Below are positions 35,167 to 38,335 of a DNA stretch of 38,335 nt, piece after piece. The notes beneath the pieces were generated by a model that was not told the origin of the DNA, ran no database searches, and worked only from the letters and a program-made list of their open reading frames with translations. The stretch is from Octopus bimaculoides (taxonomy: Eukaryota): the NCBI RefSeq assembly GCF_001194135.2, contig NC_068992.1, forward strand, positions 42,532,398 to 42,570,732. Reading direction: 5' to 3'. A program made the translations under genes and the position numbers. The number at the start of each line of letters is the position of its first letter. Position 1 is the first letter of the stretch.

Positions 35167-36839
35167 ATGTATATGTATGTGTATGTGTGTGTATATATAT
35201 ATATANNNNNNNNNNNNNNNNNNNNNNNNNNNNNNNNNNNNNNNNNNNNNNNNNNNNNNNNNNNNNNNNNNNNNNNNNNNNNNNNNNNNNNNNNNNNNNN
35301 NNNNNNNNNNNNNNNNNNNNNNNNNNNNNNNNNNNNNNNNNNNNNNNNNNNNNNNNNNNNNNNNNNNNNNNNNNNNNNNNNNNNNNNNNNNNNNNNNNNN
35401 NNNNNNNNNNNNNNNNNNNNNNNNNNNNNNNNNNNNNNNNNNNNNNNNNNNNNNNNNNNNNNNNNNNNNNNNNNNNNNNNNNNNNNNNNNNNNNNNNNNN
35501 NNNNNNNNNNNNNNNNNNNNNNNNNNNNNNNNNNNNNNNNNNNNNNNNNNNNNNNNNNNNNNNNNNNNNNNNNNNNNNNNNNNNNNNNNNNNNNNNNNNN
35601 NNNNNNNNNNNNNNNNNNNNNNNNNNNNNNNNNNNNNNNNNNNNNNNNNNNNNNNNNNNNNNNNNNNNNNNNNNNNNNNNNNNNNNNNNNNNNNNNNNNN
35701 NNNNNNNNNNNNNNNNNNNNNNNNNNNNNNNNNNNNNNNNNNNNNNNTATATATATATATATATATATGCCATATATATACACATGGTAATATCAACTAC
35801 AAAGGTACTCCATCTGGTGAGAGATAAATATTGTTTGTTAAACATAAAAAACATGAAAACATATATTGTTATGTTTATTATATATGTATTCGTGTGGTTT
35901 CCATAGGGTTATGACTATTTCGATAGTTTCTTCATATATTTTTATTTTCAGTAGACAAGAAATTATACACGTGTTCGCATTAGTATGAGTATCCAGCATT
36001 TTACAATACAATTGGCTATTCACAAGTTGTAGCAAAGAAAATCAAATTGCTCATCAGGTCAGCAAAACATCGTCGTTACATCAACGCTTCAACTCTAAAT
36101 ATACACATGAAATCTGCGCTATATAATACACAAAGTATGGAAGTATGAACGTGGACAAAATTACATTGATTTTGTCAGGAAAGTGTAAACGTTGGAGTAT
36201 ATTTAAAAAAAATTTCTTCCCATATCAACACACATTAATTAAGATAACGTGGTAAACAGAAATTAAAGGATTCATAATCATTAATTTAAACTAATAACGA
36301 AAAATATCAAGAGATAAAAAAATATAAAACACAGATAAAGTAAAGATTGAATAACGTAAAAATATATAAAGATATAAGCAAATAATAGTAATACAATTTT
36401 GCGTAAGTTCTTACGAAGATGGATTGGTTGGGAAAACCTGTTGGTGATTTTAAAATTCTACAGAATTCATGGATAAGTGCGTGAAGGCCTGGGGAACAAA
36501 TTTATACCAAAAATATGTGTTCTTCAAATGTAAACCTCCAGGAAATGAAATAATACCACAACTCCCCACAGAAGGAATTTGAACTTTCAGGCATCTCTCA
36601 CTCACATCAATCAAAATTTAATATGCTTTACATACAGTGTATGAAGCTGCCATAAAGTAACTACATACACACATACATATATAAGCTCCAGAAAATTATT
36701 AATGGAGAAGAATATTGAACTTAACTCCAGTCTGATATATATGCTGTGAGTCAATTGTCAGACAAAAACAAAATGCAACTAAGCGAGTGAAAATTTGTTC
36801 TGATGCATTTTGGAAAAAAGATTGTGCTAAAACAGCCAT

Positions 36840-37253
36840 ACTCTCTTCCTTCAGGGGAACATCTCTAAGGTGGGGCCCAGTTAGAATTTTCTTCAGGTCG
36901 AGTAGCCCTTCCCACTCAAAAGGTCCCTGAATAAGGTTTGTTTAAGGATGTTGAGCAAAACACCCATGTTTCTAAAGGTGAGTTATTCAAACCCCAAAGA
37001 ATTCCTCTCAACACATGGCTATGATGCTCCCCCACTACTTCTGCTCATGATCAGAGAAGCACATATCGTCATCCACCAAGGGACATGCTCAACTGGTTAA
37101 GGTCTAACAACTGACAAGCAAATATGTGGTATTAAGCAGAATATTTGCTGTAGCCCATCTTTTTATACCAAGAAAAAACAATGTACATGATAACACTTCC
37201 AATCAATTAAGATCAGAAGACATGAGAGCCACTGCCTGGAACTGCATCCGGGC

Positions 37254-37256
<3 letters not shown>
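36840..37256 (+). mobile_element. Probable retroposon 3' end preceding an (ATT)n tail
   Basis: A higher-GC non-coding block ends ...CTGCATCCGGGCATTT directly before (ATT)n. It is recognised only as repeat-like and the family is not assigned. Confidence 0.4.
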
Positions 37257-37305
<49 letters not shown>

Positions 37306-37406
37306 ATTATTATTATTATTATTGTTGTTGTTGTTGTTGTTGTTGTTATTTTTATCATCATCATCATCATCATCATCATCATTATCATCTTCATCATCAT
37401 CATCAT
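37257..37406. repeat. Compound (ATT)n-(GTT)n-(CAT)n microsatellite
   Basis: Directly visible. Confidence 0.96.
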
Positions 37407-37416
37407 ATAATTATAT

Positions 37417-38335
37417 ATGGTGGCAGTTGATGAAGGATATGTTCTCTATGTGGCCTGCGTGTTTTTTGTACCTTGTTTATCATTTTGTCCATGTCTTTTT
37501 GCAACGTCATGTACCCAGATATGTATCTATATGTACATGTAGTTGAAGGTATGTACATACATGAACATATATATGCATATACTCATATATTGTTTGTATC
37601 ACACGACCGAACGCACGCGTTACCTTTAAAAGTACGTTTTGAACTTTATTTTTCTGACGCGACTCTCTCTAACTTTGTATCTATTTCCCCCTCTCATTCT
37701 ACCCTCTACTGTTCTTCACGTCTCCCTGTCACTACTATCTCTCTCTCGCTCTCTTTATCTCTCGCTGCTCGTCCTTCGCCTCTCCACGTTACTTCTACTA
37801 TATCTCTACCTCTCGTTGGTCACTTATATTCTACTTCCTCCCTTTTACTCCCTCTGCCACTCTTTCTCCCTACCACTCGCTGGTCACATGTGTCCAGTTG
37901 CCATTTCTTTTCGGCCTTGGACTCCTTGAGCTCCGCACGCACATCTTCGGCTCTCCAGTCCGTGCTTCACAGAGTTCAATATACACATATTTCTCCACGT
38001 CCGGATGTACAGCCTTTTTCTTTGTTTATTTCACCGTTTCGTTTTCCTGTCTTGTTTTCCGTCCGCCACTACCATCCATGGAACAAATTTAATTTGTGTT
38101 CGTGGGAAGAGCCATTTTAACGATGCGTCCTGCCCTAACTCTTCGAAACGCCAGTGTTTTAATGATGGCAGCTGATGAAGGATATGTTCTCTATGTGGAC
38201 TGCGTGTTTTTTGTACCTTGTTTATCATTTTGTCCATGTCTTTTTGGAACATCATGTACCCAGATATATATCTATATGTACATGTAGATGAAGGTATGTA
38301 CATACATGTACATATATATGCATATACTCATATAT
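37417..38335 (+). mobile_element. 745-bp-period unit bounded by at least 174-bp direct repeats (Penelope-like or retrozyme-like architecture)
   Basis: 37417-37590 versus 38162-38335 gives 8 mismatches in 174 bp, and the second copy runs off the window. The body is C/T-skewed and the repeat starts near (C/T)TGATGAAGG. Confidence 0.55.

Noticed and set aside
866-35906. Long ORFs of the track spanning N-runs or microsatellites (poly-X, YI, HT, poly-N/I/R)
   Set aside because: They are open only because Ns and simple repeats lack stop codons.
37473-38120. 215-aa Ser/Leu-rich ORF
   Set aside because: It results from the C/T skew of a repeat body, where stops are depleted, and shows no domain-like features.
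38140-38200. GAAAC...CTGATGA as a type II hammerhead
   Set aside because: The triplet would be GUG, stem I cannot form next to the core, and stem II has only ~3 bp.

Overview
Eukaryotic, AT-rich, microsatellite-dense intronic/intergenic DNA from a gapped short-read assembly. There are nine N-gaps, almost all bordered by (TA)n. The tRNA-headed SINE families, (AAT)n tracts and repeat load suggest an octopus; this is inferred from repeat recognition, not a database search. No complete protein-coding gene is visible, and nearly all long ORFs in the track are microsatellite or N artefacts. The window holds three decayed mariners, a Tigger/pogo-like element, an RTE-like LINE 3' end, two R4/Dong-like LINE fragments (one young, inserted in (AAT)n), about a dozen SINE copies of three families, a MITE-like hairpin and Penelope-like short repeats. 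The most notable signal is a set of minimal type I hammerhead ribozyme folds from at least three unrelated repeats: a canonical-core inverted pair (31925-31973 and 32150-32195), a fully paired fold with a G3.U8 core (12587-12641) and a CUGUUGA-core relic (10540-10575). Weaker leads are one 84-nt plus-strand exon candidate, a phase-compatible chain of minus-strand microexon candidates, and two small arrays (21-bp and 17-bp).
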